From Spirochaetia bacterium (GTDB lineage: Bacteria; Spirochaetota; Spirochaetia; CADAEX01): 64,000 nucleotides of DNA. Location: NCBI GenBank assembly GCA_963662265.2, contig CAXXHA010000010.1:256001-320000 (forward strand), given 5' to 3'. Positions 39,051-49,651 of this stretch are shown piece by piece. Each line of letters starts with the position of its first letter. Within the stretch, counting starts at the first letter, position 1. The notes under the pieces are model-generated. The model searched no databases. It was given only the letters and a program-made list of their open reading frames with translations, and was not told the DNA's origin. The translations under genes and the position numbers were made by a program.

Positions 39051-40877
39051 ATGAAAGATACAAAAGAAATTAGACAATATCTTACTCAGCTTGTAAAGGA
39101 CCTGCCAGACAGTCCCGGTGTTTATCTAATGAAAGACGCCGACAATAATATTATATACATAGGAAAAGCAAAAAACCTTAAAAACAGAGTTAAATCCTAT
39201 TTCTCAGGGACAAAAGAGCTTAAAACAACTTACCTTGTCAAAAGAATTGCAGATATTGAAATAATTACAACATCAACAGAATATGAAGCCCTTATACTTG
39301 AAAACAATCTCATAAAAAAGTGGAAGCCGAGATATAACATTGATCTAAAAGACGGGAAATCATTTCCTGTAATAAAAATCACAAAAGAGAAATTTCCATG
39401 CATATACAGGACCAGGAGAATTTTAAACGACGGGTCATCCTATTACGGCCCGTTTCCCGGGATAAGAAGCATTGACCTTTACCTGGAACTTGTTAACAGG
39501 AGATATAGGATAAGGAAATGCAGGGGAAAACTAAAAAAAAGGGATGCCCCATGCCTCTACTATCATATCGGACAGTGCTCTTCCCCCTGTACAGGAGCTG
39601 CAGACCCTGAAGAATACCGCAGGGAAATCCATGAAGTTGAAAAAATCCTTACAGGCGAGACAGGACATCTTATCGGGGAATTCAAATCCAGGATGGAGGA
39701 ATACTCTGCCGCCCTGGAATTTGAAAAGGCTGCCGAATACAGGGATCTTATAAATTCGATCAACAGTATCAATGAGCAGCAGCTTGTAGAGGATTTTGAC
39801 AGTGAAAAAAGAGATTATATTACATATACAGGGGAAGACAGCTACAGCGCCTTTACTGTGCTGCAGATGAGAAACGGAAAGCTTTCAGGAAAATCCGCCT
39901 ACCTGTCGGAGAATCCTGAAAGCAGCGATGTTGCCATGACATCCTTCATCATCCAGTATTACAGCAGGTATTTTGATGAGAATTTTCATTCAAAAGAGGG
40001 GCTGCCTGAAAGAATCACTGTAAACATAATGCCTGAATCAGAAATGGTGGAAAAATATTTTTCAGAAAAAAGCATAAAACTGATACCGCAGCTTCCGGAA
40101 GACAGGAGAGATTCATCGCTCATCAGGATGGGAGAGGAAAACGGAAAACTTGAACTTCTCAGAAAGAAAAAAGCGGCCGAATACAAGGTTCCGCTTAAGG
40201 AACTGATGAAAGAACTGTCACTTCCTGCCCTCCCGAGAAGAATAGAAGGTTTTGATATAGCCCAGCTGGGAGGAAAACACACTGTTGCATCAATGGTAAG
40301 TTTCCTGAACGGTAAACCTGATAAAACAGAATACCGGTATTTCCATATCAAATCTCTTCCTGAAAACAGCATCGATGATTACGGGTCTATCAGGGAGGCA
40401 GTTGCCAGGAGATATACCAGAGTATTGAATGAAAATCTCAGAAAGCCTGACCTGATACTTATAGACGGGGGAAAGGGGCAGGTAGCTGCCGCTAAAGGGA
40501 TACTCGAGGCAATAGGACTAGGGAACATACCTCTCGCAGGGCTTGCGAAGCAGCACGAATGGATATATCTGCCGGGGCAAAAAGATCCTGTAATACTGGA
40601 AGAAACATCACCTGCCAGAAACCTTCTCCAGTATGTGAGGGATGAGGCGCACCGTTTCGCAACATCCTTCAACAAGAATCTGAGAAAGAAAGATGTGAAA
40701 TTTTCAGTACTTGAAAGCATTCCCGGGATAGGGGCTGCCAGGAGTGTAAAAATAATGAATGAGTTCAAGAGCCTTGAAAACATCAGAAACGCAGGCCCCT
40801 ATGAGATTAAGGACAGGACAGGAATACCGCTTACAGCAGCAGAGAAAATAATAAATTATCTAAACGGAAAGAAGTAG
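39051..40877 (+). CDS. uvrC: Excinuclease ABC subunit C
   Basis: GIY-YIG PGVYLMKD..IYIGKAKNL, UVR motif, RIEGFDI, IDGGKGQ, RDEAHRFA, HhH. Confidence 0.98.
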   Translation: MKDTKEIRQYLTQLVKDLPDSPGVYLMKDADNNIIYIGKAKNLKNRVKSYFSGTKELKTTYLVKRIADIEIITTSTEYEALILENNLIKKWKPRYNIDLKDGKSFPVIKITKEKFPCIYRTRRILNDGSSYYGPFPGIRSIDLYLELVNRRYRIRKCRGKLKKRDAPCLYYHIGQCSSPCTGAADPEEYRREIHEVEKILTGETGHLIGEFKSRMEEYSAALEFEKAAEYRDLINSINSINEQQLVEDFDSEKRDYITYTGEDSYSAFTVLQMRNGKLSGKSAYLSENPESSDVAMTSFIIQYYSRYFDENFHSKEGLPERITVNIMPESEMVEKYFSEKSIKLIPQLPEDRRDSSLIRMGEENGKLELLRKKKAAEYKVPLKELMKELSLPALPRRIEGFDIAQLGGKHTVASMVSFLNGKPDKTEYRYFHIKSLPENSIDDYGSIREAVARRYTRVLNENLRKPDLILIDGGKGQVAAAKGILEAIGLGNIPLAGLAKQHEWIYLPGQKDPVILEETSPARNLLQYVRDEAHRFATSFNKNLRKKDVKFSVLESIPGIGAARSVKIMNEFKSLENIRNAGPYEIKDRTGIPLTAAEKIINYLNGKK

Positions 40878-40884
40878 AGAAGCA

Positions 40885-40922
40885 GTCTGTAAGTAGCCCC
40901 TGTGCCGGGGCACTTAGCAGAC
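40885..40922. terminator. Hairpin between convergent uvrC and holA
   Basis: GTCTG-TAAGT-GCCCC...GGGGC-ACTTA-CAGAC imperfect stem. Confidence 0.55.
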
Positions 40923-41037
40923 ATAATAAGAATATTTACTTAACAGCAGTAGTTCAGCAGTCGGTTAAAAAGTCATACTGGTTTACGTCTGCAACAAAGC
41001 AGAGACCAGATATCTGTCTCATTAGAAATAAAAAGCA

Positions 41038-42036
41038 TTATGCCGAATATTCAACAAGAGAAACAGCCTCTCTCCCCTTTTTTTCAATGAAAGAGTAAAC
41101 AAAAACAGGAAACATTATCTGCTGTATATCCTGCCTGACATTCCTGAAGAAACAGTCATACTCGGCAGTCATTGATATCAGGCTCTCAATATCTGAAAGG
41201 GAATAGTTTTTAAGCCCCTCCTGAAATGTTTTCTGCATTTTCTTGCTTCTTATCCTGAGGGCAAGGCAGGCTTCCTGAAAAGGTTTTCTGCTCTCTGTCA
41301 TTATTTTAAGCTCATGAAGGTTTCTCAGCTGCCACAGAAGACCTGCTAGAAGCTGCACAGGGTTGCTTTCTCCCGAGAGAAAAATATTTTTTGCTGTTTC
41401 AAGTGATTTCTGAAGATCGCATACAGCAAGCCTCTCAAAGAGGGAAAACATGTTTTCCTCTTTTCTGTCATAGAAAAAAGATTCAATCCTTTCTTCCGTG
41501 ATTCTGTCTCCCGGATTGAAAAACCGGATTAGCTTGCTGCATTCTTCCGCCAGTACATCTGTGCTGCTTTCAAGCATATCGCTTAGATACTCGACAGCAG
41601 ATTTTTCTATTTCAATGTTTTCCCTTCTGAAATAATTAATTATCCAGCTCTTTTTCTTGTTTTCAAACATCTCCCAGAATATCTTTTTATTCGAAGGGGG
41701 AATAAGCTTTTCAATTTTGCTGTCTGCCCTTATTCCGTCATCAGAGAGAACAAGATATGAATCATCTGCAGGATTCTTCAGATAATCAGCAATCATGCCG
41801 AGATCTTTCTTCCTGATTTCTGTAAAATTATTAATTATTACAAGCTTTGAAGAGGAAAAGAGGGAAATATTCTGCAGAGTCGAAATTATTTCACCTGTTT
41901 CCGTATCGTACGGATAGAAAGAATATTCCTCTGGGGGAGACGAGTACTTTTTTTCCAGGTTGTTTTTAAGGTTCTTAATGAAATTCTTCTTTTCGCCAAG
42001 TTCAGGACCAAGAAGCAGGTAATTCGAGTCAGTCAT
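41038..42036 (-). CDS. holA: DNA polymerase III subunit delta
   Basis: YLLLGPELGEK, SLFSSSKLVII, YLKNP..LVL, clamp-loader helical C-terminus. Confidence 0.9.
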   Translation of the reverse strand: MTDSNYLLLGPELGEKKNFIKNLKNNLEKKYSSPPEEYSFYPYDTETGEIISTLQNISLFSSSKLVIINNFTEIRKKDLGMIADYLKNPADDSYLVLSDDGIRADSKIEKLIPPSNKKIFWEMFENKKKSWIINYFRRENIEIEKSAVEYLSDMLESSTDVLAEECSKLIRFFNPGDRITEERIESFFYDRKEENMFSLFERLAVCDLQKSLETAKNIFLSGESNPVQLLAGLLWQLRNLHELKIMTESRKPFQEACLALRIRSKKMQKTFQEGLKNYSLSDIESLISMTAEYDCFFRNVRQDIQQIMFPVFVYSFIEKKGREAVSLVEYSA

Positions 42037-42634
42037 AGTTCCTCATTACATAAATCAGTTTACCCAGAATTCTGATATTCTGTGTATATATGGGCGGGTA
42101 AACAGGATTTTCAGCTTTAAGCTTAACCCTGTTTTTTTCCCTGTAAAATCTTTTCAGTGTAACTGCTTCATCATCCAGCATTGCCACAACAATATTGCCG
42201 TTTTCAGCAGTATTCTGATGCCTGAACAGGGCAATATCATCCTCAAGTATACCGGCATCCTTCATGCTGTCCCCTTTTACCTTAAGTGCAAAATGTTTAC
42301 CGTTTTTAAGAACACTGAAAGGGACAGGAATTGTGCCGTCAAAATTCTCTTCCGCCATTAAAGGCTTTCCTGCAGCAACATTACCGAGAAGGGGAATTTC
42401 CGCAATTTCATTACAGGACTGCTCATCTTCAACGACCTCTATTGCCCTTGATCTTCTGAGGTTGCACCGGATTGATTCCTTTTTTTCAAGCGCTTTGAGA
42501 TGATCGTATGCTCCCTTAACAGAAATACTGAAATTCTCTGCAATTTCCCTGATAGTAGGGGGATATGAACACCTGTTTTTATAATTTTTTATAAAATCGA
42601 GAACTTCCCGCTGTCTTGTTGTAAGACTCTTCAT
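42029..42634 (-). CDS. lexA: SOS repressor LexA
   Basis: LTTRQREVL, YPPTIREIA, cleavage site VAAG, catalytic GDSM and TLKRF. Confidence 0.97.
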   Translation of the reverse strand: MKSLTTRQREVLDFIKNYKNRCSYPPTIREIAENFSISVKGAYDHLKALEKKESIRCNLRRSRAIEVVEDEQSCNEIAEIPLLGNVAAGKPLMAEENFDGTIPVPFSVLKNGKHFALKVKGDSMKDAGILEDDIALFRHQNTAENGNIVVAMLDDEAVTLKRFYREKNRVKLKAENPVYPPIYTQNIRILGKLIYVMRNYD

Positions 42635-44007
42635 TTCAGATTTATTCCAAGTTTTTTTATTTTATTATGAAGGTTACCGGGATACATCCCGATATCCTGT
42701 GCAGTTCTTGTTATATTATAACTGTTTTCTTCAAGTTTTTTAATCAAAAATTTCTTTTCAAACAGCTCTTTTGCCTCGGAAAAAGATACATTGGAGAAAT
42801 CTTCCCCAAATTCGCTTTTTTTCTTTTCTTCCGGAATGTTTTCACTGAGGTCTTCAAGATAATATGCAGCAGTTCCTCCGGAAATAATTTTTTCCTCTGT
42901 CATGACAGAAATTCTCTGGATAAAATTCTTCAGTTCCCTTATATTACCACTCCAGACATGGCTGCCTATTATATCAAAAGCTTCTTCGGAAAATTTTCTC
43001 TCTTCAGAGCTGTTCTGGATATCATATTTTTTAAAGAAATAAAGAACAAGCTCCCTGATATCTTTTTTTCTGTCCCTGAGAGGGGGCAGATAGAGAGGTA
43101 TGACATTGAGACGGAAAAAAAGGTCTTCCCTGAAACGGCCGTCCCTTACCTCCTGGAGTATATCCTTGTTTGTCGCTGCTATTATTCTGACATCAACAGC
43201 TACGGTTTTCTCGCTTCCCACCCGTTCAAAACGCATTTCCTGTACTGCACGGAGCACTTTAGCCTGGGCAGACAGCGACATGTCAGCTATTTCGTCAAGA
43301 AACAGTGTGCCACGGTCAGCCAGTTCAAATTTCCCCTTGCGGCTGGCTACCGCTCCTGTGAAAGCCCCCTTCTCATGCCCGAAAAGCTCGCTTTCAAGGA
43401 GGGAATCAGGAATTGATGCACAGTTTACTTCAATAAACGGCTTATCCCTTCTTGAACTGCGCTTGTGTATCTCTTTTGCCGCCAGTTCCTTTCCTGTGCC
43501 GTTTTCACCGAGAATCATTACGCTTGCGTCTGAATCAGCAACCTGAGAGATAACCTTCCTGACCTTATCCATTTCTTCCCCTGATCCGATCATCCTGTCC
43601 TCCTGGAGGACAGCATCTTTCAGTTCACGGTTTTCCTTCTTAAGCCCTTCTATTGTCAGCGCATTTCTTACAAGGGTAGTTACTTTTTCAAGAGAAAGGG
43701 GTTTTTCTAGAAAATCAAACGCCCCTTTCTTAACAGCTTTCACAGCCATATCAATATTTCCGTGACCGGAAATAATTATCACTTCAAGATCTTTCCTTGC
43801 CTTTTTTATCTCCTCGAGAACTTCAAGCCCCCCCATTCCGGGAAGCCAGACATCAAGAATAACAAGATCAAAATCCCCGCCTACCGCCTTCTCAAGCCCG
43901 GAAGGACCGTCAGATGCTGTATCAACCTCATACCCCTCATCTTCGAGTATTCCGGAAAGAACAGCACATATATTTTCTTCATCATCAATAACCAGTATTC
44001 TGTACAT
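42631..44007 (-). CDS. ntrX: Sigma54-dependent response regulator, NtrX-like
   Basis: REC (LDVWLP, ISGHG), GENGTGKE, GAFTGA, FLDEIAD, WSGNIREL, Fis-type HTH. Confidence 0.85.
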   Translation of the reverse strand: MYRILVIDDEENICAVLSGILEDEGYEVDTASDGPSGLEKAVGGDFDLVILDVWLPGMGGLEVLEEIKKARKDLEVIIISGHGNIDMAVKAVKKGAFDFLEKPLSLEKVTTLVRNALTIEGLKKENRELKDAVLQEDRMIGSGEEMDKVRKVISQVADSDASVMILGENGTGKELAAKEIHKRSSRRDKPFIEVNCASIPDSLLESELFGHEKGAFTGAVASRKGKFELADRGTLFLDEIADMSLSAQAKVLRAVQEMRFERVGSEKTVAVDVRIIAATNKDILQEVRDGRFREDLFFRLNVIPLYLPPLRDRKKDIRELVLYFFKKYDIQNSSEERKFSEEAFDIIGSHVWSGNIRELKNFIQRISVMTEEKIISGGTAAYYLEDLSENIPEEKKKSEFGEDFSNVSFSEAKELFEKKFLIKKLEENSYNITRTAQDIGMYPGNLHNKIKKLGINLK

Positions 44008-45769
44008 AATTTTCCTCTACAGGCAGGTCTATATAAAAAGTTGTTCCCACACCTTGTTCCGATTCAAACCATATTGAACCGTTATGGTCAAAAATAATTC
44101 TTTCTACAATTGCAAGTCCGAGACCGGTACCGCTGTTTCTGGTTGTGAAGTATGGGGAAAAAACCTGCTCCTTGATCTCATCCCGTATACCGTAACCATT
44201 ATCTGAAATCTGTATTCTGTAATACAGTATGTTCTCTTTGTTAATAACATCTGTTCTTACCTGAATATAACCAGACCTGTCAACAGCTTCCACAGAATTA
44301 CTCAGCAGGTTAATAAGTACCTGCTTTATCTTTTCCCTGTCCATATATATCTTCTCTGAATCCTTGACTCCCGACAGATCGAAATTCACATTTTTATGAC
44401 TCACAGAAAACATCTCTGTAGCTTCCCTTATAATATCACCAGGGGCGGAAAGCTCAAAAACCAGGGAAGGCATCCTTGCGAAGTTGCTGAATTCTGTCAG
44501 AAGCTTATTCAACCTGTCAACTTCACTGATAATAACATTTACAGAAGAATCAAGAATCTTTTCAAAATTGGGGTCATCCATCTCATATCTCTTCTTCAGC
44601 CGTTCAGATGAAAGTTTTATCGGAGTGAGGGGATTTTTTATCTCATGAGCCATCCTTCTCGCGATTTCCTTCCATGCATTGATCTTGTCAGACTGCATGT
44701 TTTTCTTTCTGGCAGTTTCAAGTTCCTTGATCATCGCGTTAAATGAATTTACAAGAACTGAAATACTGTCTCCCGGGCGGGTCAGTATCCGGAAGGAAAA
44801 ATCACCCTCCGCAACCCTCCTGGTTGCATCTTCGAGATGGATTATAGGCTGAAGCGTCTCTTCAGACAGTTTAAAGCTTATTATCAGGGACAGCAGAAAA
44901 ATAGGGAGAGAGAAAAATACGAGGACTGCAATAATTATCACAATGAAGAAAGACTGATAATTTTCAAGCTGTGTAAAAATATCAAATGTAAGGGAAAGCT
45001 TCTCCGCTTTTTTCCCGAAATTATCAGGAAGATATGATCCAAGTATGACTATATAGCTGTCTTCCCCCTTATAAATATCCTTCTGTATCCTGACAAGACT
45101 CTTTTCCCCGGAAGTTACCCTTGTCAGAAGCCCCTTTTCCCCCCTGAGAACTTCTTCATCCGGAATTTCCGATCCTTCTTCCCCGGAAAAAAAGACTGTC
45201 TTTCCGTTTTCAAGAATCTGAAAACTGTGAATAAACGGGAACCCTCTTTTTATTTCATTCCACATTTTCGGAGGATTATACGGGAGATAGCGGGAGGAAT
45301 AATTGAAATAAGAGGAAGAGGGAACAGCTTCAAGATTTTCCACCCTTTCATTGTAAAGAGCAAGTGCAACATCAATTCCCCCCTTGACCGCTCCCGAATG
45401 GTTCTGGTCAAGCCAGGAATTAACAGCTGTATTTAAAAAACTCATTGTAATTATTGCCTGCGGAAGTGCGGAAATAACAGAAACAAAGGAAAAGAAAAGT
45501 ATCAGTTTTATCTTAAAGTAAACACCGGCTTTTCTTTCCCTCTTCTCCTTGATAATCCTGACAATGTTGACTATTATGTTTCCAAGAAGAAAAACCGGAA
45601 GAAGCACTGCAAACGGAACAAGTATGATTCGGGATGGAATATTATCGGTTGAAAGATCTGAAAATATCTGCCCGGCAAATATCAGTATCAGAGTTATTAT
45701 GAATACATATACCAGAAGAACACTTAAAAGACCTGCCCGCGATGTGATTAATGGATGGGGACCTTTCAC
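43985..45769 (-). CDS. ntrY: Sensor histidine kinase, NtrY-like
   Basis: TM helices, HAMP, AWKEIARRMAHEIKNPLTPI, DNGYG, GTGLGL. Confidence 0.85.
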   Translation of the reverse strand: MKGPHPLITSRAGLLSVLLVYVFIITLILIFAGQIFSDLSTDNIPSRIILVPFAVLLPVFLLGNIIVNIVRIIKEKRERKAGVYFKIKLILFFSFVSVISALPQAIITMSFLNTAVNSWLDQNHSGAVKGGIDVALALYNERVENLEAVPSSSYFNYSSRYLPYNPPKMWNEIKRGFPFIHSFQILENGKTVFFSGEEGSEIPDEEVLRGEKGLLTRVTSGEKSLVRIQKDIYKGEDSYIVILGSYLPDNFGKKAEKLSLTFDIFTQLENYQSFFIVIIIAVLVFFSLPIFLLSLIISFKLSEETLQPIIHLEDATRRVAEGDFSFRILTRPGDSISVLVNSFNAMIKELETARKKNMQSDKINAWKEIARRMAHEIKNPLTPIKLSSERLKKRYEMDDPNFEKILDSSVNVIISEVDRLNKLLTEFSNFARMPSLVFELSAPGDIIREATEMFSVSHKNVNFDLSGVKDSEKIYMDREKIKQVLINLLSNSVEAVDRSGYIQVRTDVINKENILYYRIQISDNGYGIRDEIKEQVFSPYFTTRNSGTGLGLAIVERIIFDHNGSIWFESEQGVGTTFYIDLPVEENYVQNTGY

Positions 45770-46359
45770 TATTCAATCCTGAACTTATCAGCTTTAATCC
45801 AGTCTGTACTCTCCACAATTCCAGGTATGATAAATGAAAAAAGGTTAAACGGTGGTACCAGTTTTATAACTTTGAGATTAATTTTTCCGAGAATATAATA
45901 ATCGCCCGGTTTTTCATCCGAAAGATCAATTTCCAGATTATTCAGAATATAAAAATTATCAAGAAATTCCTTTTCAGTGTTGTAAACTATTTTTCCGCTT
46001 TTTTCATTGACAATATGAAACTGGCCGTTTATCAAATCTTTTTTACCTATATATGAACAGGTGAGATCCCTGACCAGGCTATCCCCGAACAGGCTGAACA
46101 CCCTGCGGTCCTTCCTGTAAATCTTTATCCTGTATTCGATTTCAGCCCTGTGACCAATCTCCATTGAACGGAGGATATTTCGCCCCCTGACATCATCGGC
46201 GGAAACCGAGCAGACAAGATGGTTTGTGCTGTCGAGGGTACTGTCCAGCTGAAAAGCATAAAGAGGAAATCCGATAATAAACAGAAATAAAAAAAGTCTA
46301 TTCTTCTTCAAATTTATTTTCAAAAAGCTGAAAAACCGCATCAGCAGCAGCTTCTTCAT
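45769..46359 (-). CDS. DUF4390-like exported protein
   Basis: Located directly upstream of ntrY; signal-like hydrophobic stretch; true start probably a later TTG (46323 or 46311). Confidence 0.6.
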   Translation of the reverse strand: MKKLLLMRFFSFLKINLKKNRLFLFLFIIGFPLYAFQLDSTLDSTNHLVCSVSADDVRGRNILRSMEIGHRAEIEYRIKIYRKDRRVFSLFGDSLVRDLTCSYIGKKDLINGQFHIVNEKSGKIVYNTEKEFLDNFYILNNLEIDLSDEKPGDYYILGKINLKVIKLVPPFNLFSFIIPGIVESTDWIKADKFRIE

Positions 46360-46564
46360 CCTCCCCTTCCGCTATTATTGTAAGCGCAGTTTTATAACCT
46401 GCCGCAAGTGTAATTATACCCATAATTGATTTCGCATTTATTTCATCATTGTCTTTTCTGAATTTCAGATCACAGCTGAACTGATTAGCTGTCTTTACAA
46501 TTGCTGCCGCAGGTCTGGCATGAATGCCTGCCCTGTTTTTTACTACAACCTCTTTTTCTATCAT
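46298..46564 (-). CDS. ptsH: Phosphocarrier protein HPr
   Basis: GIHARPA (His15), NAKSIMG (Ser46), AEGEDE. Confidence 0.96.
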   Translation of the reverse strand: MIEKEVVVKNRAGIHARPAAAIVKTANQFSCDLKFRKDNDEINAKSIMGIITLAAGYKTALTIIAEGEDEEAAADAVFQLFENKFEEE

Positions 46565-46586
46565 CCACTAAACTCCGGTTATTAAA

Positions 46587-47555
46587 TCAGTAAAGTTCGG
46601 AAGAAGCTACCGAATCTGTCTCAAGCCATTTTACTACATTCTGATTGAATTCCCTGGCCGAATAATAACCCATTTTCTTGAGCCGCTCATTTGCTGCAGC
46701 TGTTTCAATAATTATCGGAATATTCCGTCCAGGTTTTATCGGAATCAGAAGGCTTGGAATATGAACTCCAAGAATTTCTTCGGTTTTTTCCTCTGTACCT
46801 ATCCTGTCATAATCTTTACTTGAATCCCACTCTTCAAGATTGACAATCAGCTGTACCTGTTTGGTATCTCTGATTGCCGCCACACCGTACAGATGTGTGA
46901 TATTTATAATGCCGAGACCTCTTATTTCCATATGGTGAGCAAGAAAAGCATTGCCCCCCTTGCCTTCAAGGTGGTTTCCTGCCACACTCTTAATTTCAAC
47001 AAGATCATCTGCTATAAGTCTGTGTCCCCGTTCTATCAGTTCAAGCGCGGATTCGCTCTTACCTACACCGCTTTTACCCTTGATAAGAACCCCTATACCG
47101 TATACTTCAACAAACACACCGTGGACAACCTGCTGAGGAGCAAATATTCTTTCAATAACCCTTATAAGCCGCTGTGAAAGCTCGGGCGATGAAAGTTCTG
47201 TCTGAAGAACAGGACATTTAGCCTTTTCAGCAATTTCTATGAATTTCTTTTCAGGAACTGCTCCATACGGAAAAATGCAGCATGGGAAATTAAATGAAAA
47301 AAACTTCTCAAGGACTTCTGTCTTGTCCTCTTCAATGAGTTTTTTTATAAATGCATATTCCCCCCGGCCGAAAACCTGTATTCTCTGGTAGGCAAAATTA
47401 TCAAAATAGCCTGCCAGGGCAAGTCCGGGACGGTCAAGATATGCGACAGTTATCTCCCTGCCGAGTCCCGCTCTTCCTGCAATACACTTCAGGAAAAGAG
47501 CGTCATTTTCCTTCAAATCAAGATCAAGCAGATCCAGAATAGTAAATTTCTTCAT
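46587..47555 (-). CDS. hprK: HPr(Ser) kinase/phosphorylase
   Basis: RPGLALAG, HGVFV, GKSGVGKSE, GHRLIADD, MEIRGLGIIN, PGRN. Confidence 0.97.
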   Translation of the reverse strand: MKKFTILDLLDLDLKENDALFLKCIAGRAGLGREITVAYLDRPGLALAGYFDNFAYQRIQVFGRGEYAFIKKLIEEDKTEVLEKFFSFNFPCCIFPYGAVPEKKFIEIAEKAKCPVLQTELSSPELSQRLIRVIERIFAPQQVVHGVFVEVYGIGVLIKGKSGVGKSESALELIERGHRLIADDLVEIKSVAGNHLEGKGGNAFLAHHMEIRGLGIINITHLYGVAAIRDTKQVQLIVNLEEWDSSKDYDRIGTEEKTEEILGVHIPSLLIPIKPGRNIPIIIETAAANERLKKMGYYSAREFNQNVVKWLETDSVASSELY

Positions 47556-47591
47556 ATACCCTATATTATATCAAGTGTGAAAATAATGGAA

Positions 47592-47614
47592 GAGACCGGC
47601 ACACTGCCGGTCTC
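47592..47614 (-). terminator. GC hairpin between hpf and hprK
   Basis: GAGACCGGC-ACACT-GCCGGTCTC with a T-rich tail on the minus strand. Confidence 0.55.
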
Positions 47615-47796
47615 CGTGATATCTCTTTTTTAACATCTAAAACAAGTCTTAATTTTCCACAGAAAAACTGTCTGCCTTTTAAACAACTTTTCAGGATGTA
47701 CTGATAAAATCAGTTTTCACAGTATGTTTACTGCGGAATTTATTATACCTGATAATAAAAACATGAAAAAAGAATACAAGACACTTAAAAAATCAA

Positions 47797-48087
47797 TCAA
47801 TGCTCCTGTATCTTTTCCTTTTCCTTTGCAATTTTATGTTTAAGTTTATCAACAATACTGTCTATCGCATCGTAAAGATCATGATTGGATACTTTAATGT
47901 GATGACTCAACCCCCACCGGAAATTAACATCAGAATTAATGACATACCCTGTCTTTTCCCGTTCTATCTTGAAAAGAAGATCAACTATCATGTCTTTTGC
48001 AAATTCAAGTTTCTTTACTTTCTTTTCAATCTGTTCAACTGTCCTGTCACTAACATCGTAATGAATACCTTTAACCTGTAAATTCAT
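47797..48087 (-). CDS. hpf: Ribosome hibernation promoting factor (short HPF/RaiA)
   Basis: MNLQVKG, DLYDAIDSIVDKL; directly downstream of rpoN. Confidence 0.9.
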   Translation of the reverse strand: MNLQVKGIHYDVSDRTVEQIEKKVKKLEFAKDMIVDLLFKIEREKTGYVINSDVNFRWGLSHHIKVSNHDLYDAIDSIVDKLKHKIAKEKEKIQEH

Positions 48088-48108
48088 TAAATCCTCCTGA
48101 AATTTATT

Positions 48109-49488
48109 TTACCTATCATAAGAAGAGGCAATGTCAAGTTCTTTTCTATACTTTGCGACGGTCCTCCTTGCTATTTTTATTCCGTTCTTTTCTTTCAGGT
48201 AATCAGCCAGTTTCTGATCTGAAAGATGACGGTCCTTTCCTTCTGTTTCAATAATCTCCTTAAGCATGAATTTCACACTCTCCCTGGAAACAGAACTGTC
48301 TTTTGAATCAGTTCTTGCAAGGGCTGTTGAAAAAAAGTATTTTAGGGGGAAAATTCCCCAGTCTGTCTGTATATATTTGCTGTTTGATATCCTCGAAATA
48401 GTTGTCTCGTGAACCCCCACCTCCTCTGCAATATCTTTCAGAGTAAGCGGTTTAAGGAAACGGGGCCCTTTGAGAAAAAAATTTTTCTGAAAAAACGCAA
48501 TTGCTGTTGCTGTCTTCAGCAGAGTCTGGTTTCTGAGGCCTATGGTCTGAATAAACCATCTTGCATCTTTTATGCTTGAATTCACAAATTTCTTTGCAGA
48601 TTTATCGCCGGACAGATCTTCACTTGAAAGATCACCGAAAGAGGGACTGATTCCCAGGACAGGAATTTCCTCTTCGTTAAGCCGTATTACAAGTTCCCCG
48701 TCAGACACCTTTATAAGGAGGTCGGGAATAACATACCTTGTCTGCTCTGAAGCAAACTGCCGTCCAGGAAAAGGATTGAGTGTTTTGATGAATTCAAAAG
48801 CTTCTATGATCTTGTTTTCCCTGATCTTCAAGTCTTTTGAAATTTCTTTGTAACGCCCCTTTTCAAGATGCTCAAGATAATTTTCAAGTATTTCAACTGT
48901 AAATTCAGGCCGGTCATCAGAAAGCTGAGCCTGTACAACCAGTGATTCCGTGTAGCCTGCAGTGCAGGTCCCCTGTGGATCAAACCTGTTGATAAGCTCA
49001 ATTGCCTCGGTAAGGACATTTTCAGGAATATCAACACCCAGAGTTTCCGGCTTTTCAATGAAAAACCCGTTTTCATCCAGATTCTGAATAAGCAGTTCTC
49101 CGGCTTTATAGATCTCCTCCCTTACAGGCTGAATACTCAGCTGGGAAAGAAGATGTTCCTGAAGCGATTCCTCGCGGGAGAGAACACCTTCGATAAACAT
49201 TCTCTTGCTGTCGCTTTCGATGGAAGAACCGGAGCCCGTGGCAAATCCGGGATCTGATGAATTTTCAAAATAGTCATATTCATCCTTTCTTCCAGAGTCT
49301 ACTTCATCTATTGAGATTTCATTTTTCTGATCTTTGATTTCAAGAGCGGGGTTCCGGTCCACTTCTTCCTGTATACGGAATTTAAGATCCTGAACCGGCA
49401 GAGCCATCAGCTGAATCGACTGAAACATCTGAGGACTCAATTTCATTTTCTGTTCCTGTATTAAAACAGGTTTCTGATACTGCAACAC
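48109..49488 (-). CDS. rpoN: RNA polymerase sigma-54 factor
   Basis: Q-rich region I, NPALE, PLTLKDIA..VHETTISR, RpoN box ARRTVAKYR. Confidence 0.98.
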   Translation of the reverse strand: MLQYQKPVLIQEQKMKLSPQMFQSIQLMALPVQDLKFRIQEEVDRNPALEIKDQKNEISIDEVDSGRKDEYDYFENSSDPGFATGSGSSIESDSKRMFIEGVLSREESLQEHLLSQLSIQPVREEIYKAGELLIQNLDENGFFIEKPETLGVDIPENVLTEAIELINRFDPQGTCTAGYTESLVVQAQLSDDRPEFTVEILENYLEHLEKGRYKEISKDLKIRENKIIEAFEFIKTLNPFPGRQFASEQTRYVIPDLLIKVSDGELVIRLNEEEIPVLGISPSFGDLSSEDLSGDKSAKKFVNSSIKDARWFIQTIGLRNQTLLKTATAIAFFQKNFFLKGPRFLKPLTLKDIAEEVGVHETTISRISNSKYIQTDWGIFPLKYFFSTALARTDSKDSSVSRESVKFMLKEIIETEGKDRHLSDQKLADYLKEKNGIKIARRTVAKYRKELDIASSYDR

Positions 49489-49651
49489 ATTCTCCAGGAC
49501 TTGTATATATTAAATTTAAGTTTAGCCGGCAGGAATGTCAACAAATAAATGAAAATTAAAAACAGGTTGGCACAAATATTTAATTACTCTGGCTAATTTT
49601 TAAATATACTCGTTCATAATAAATAACAGGATAATTATACCATATTCTGCG

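Noticed and set aside
42667-43546. 249-aa and 148-aa + strand ORFs
   Set aside because: Antisense shadows of the conserved ntrX AAA+ domain.
49568-49583. TGGCAC sigma54 -24-like box upstream of rpoN
   Set aside because: The -12 element reads TTTA rather than TTGC, and it points away from rpoN.
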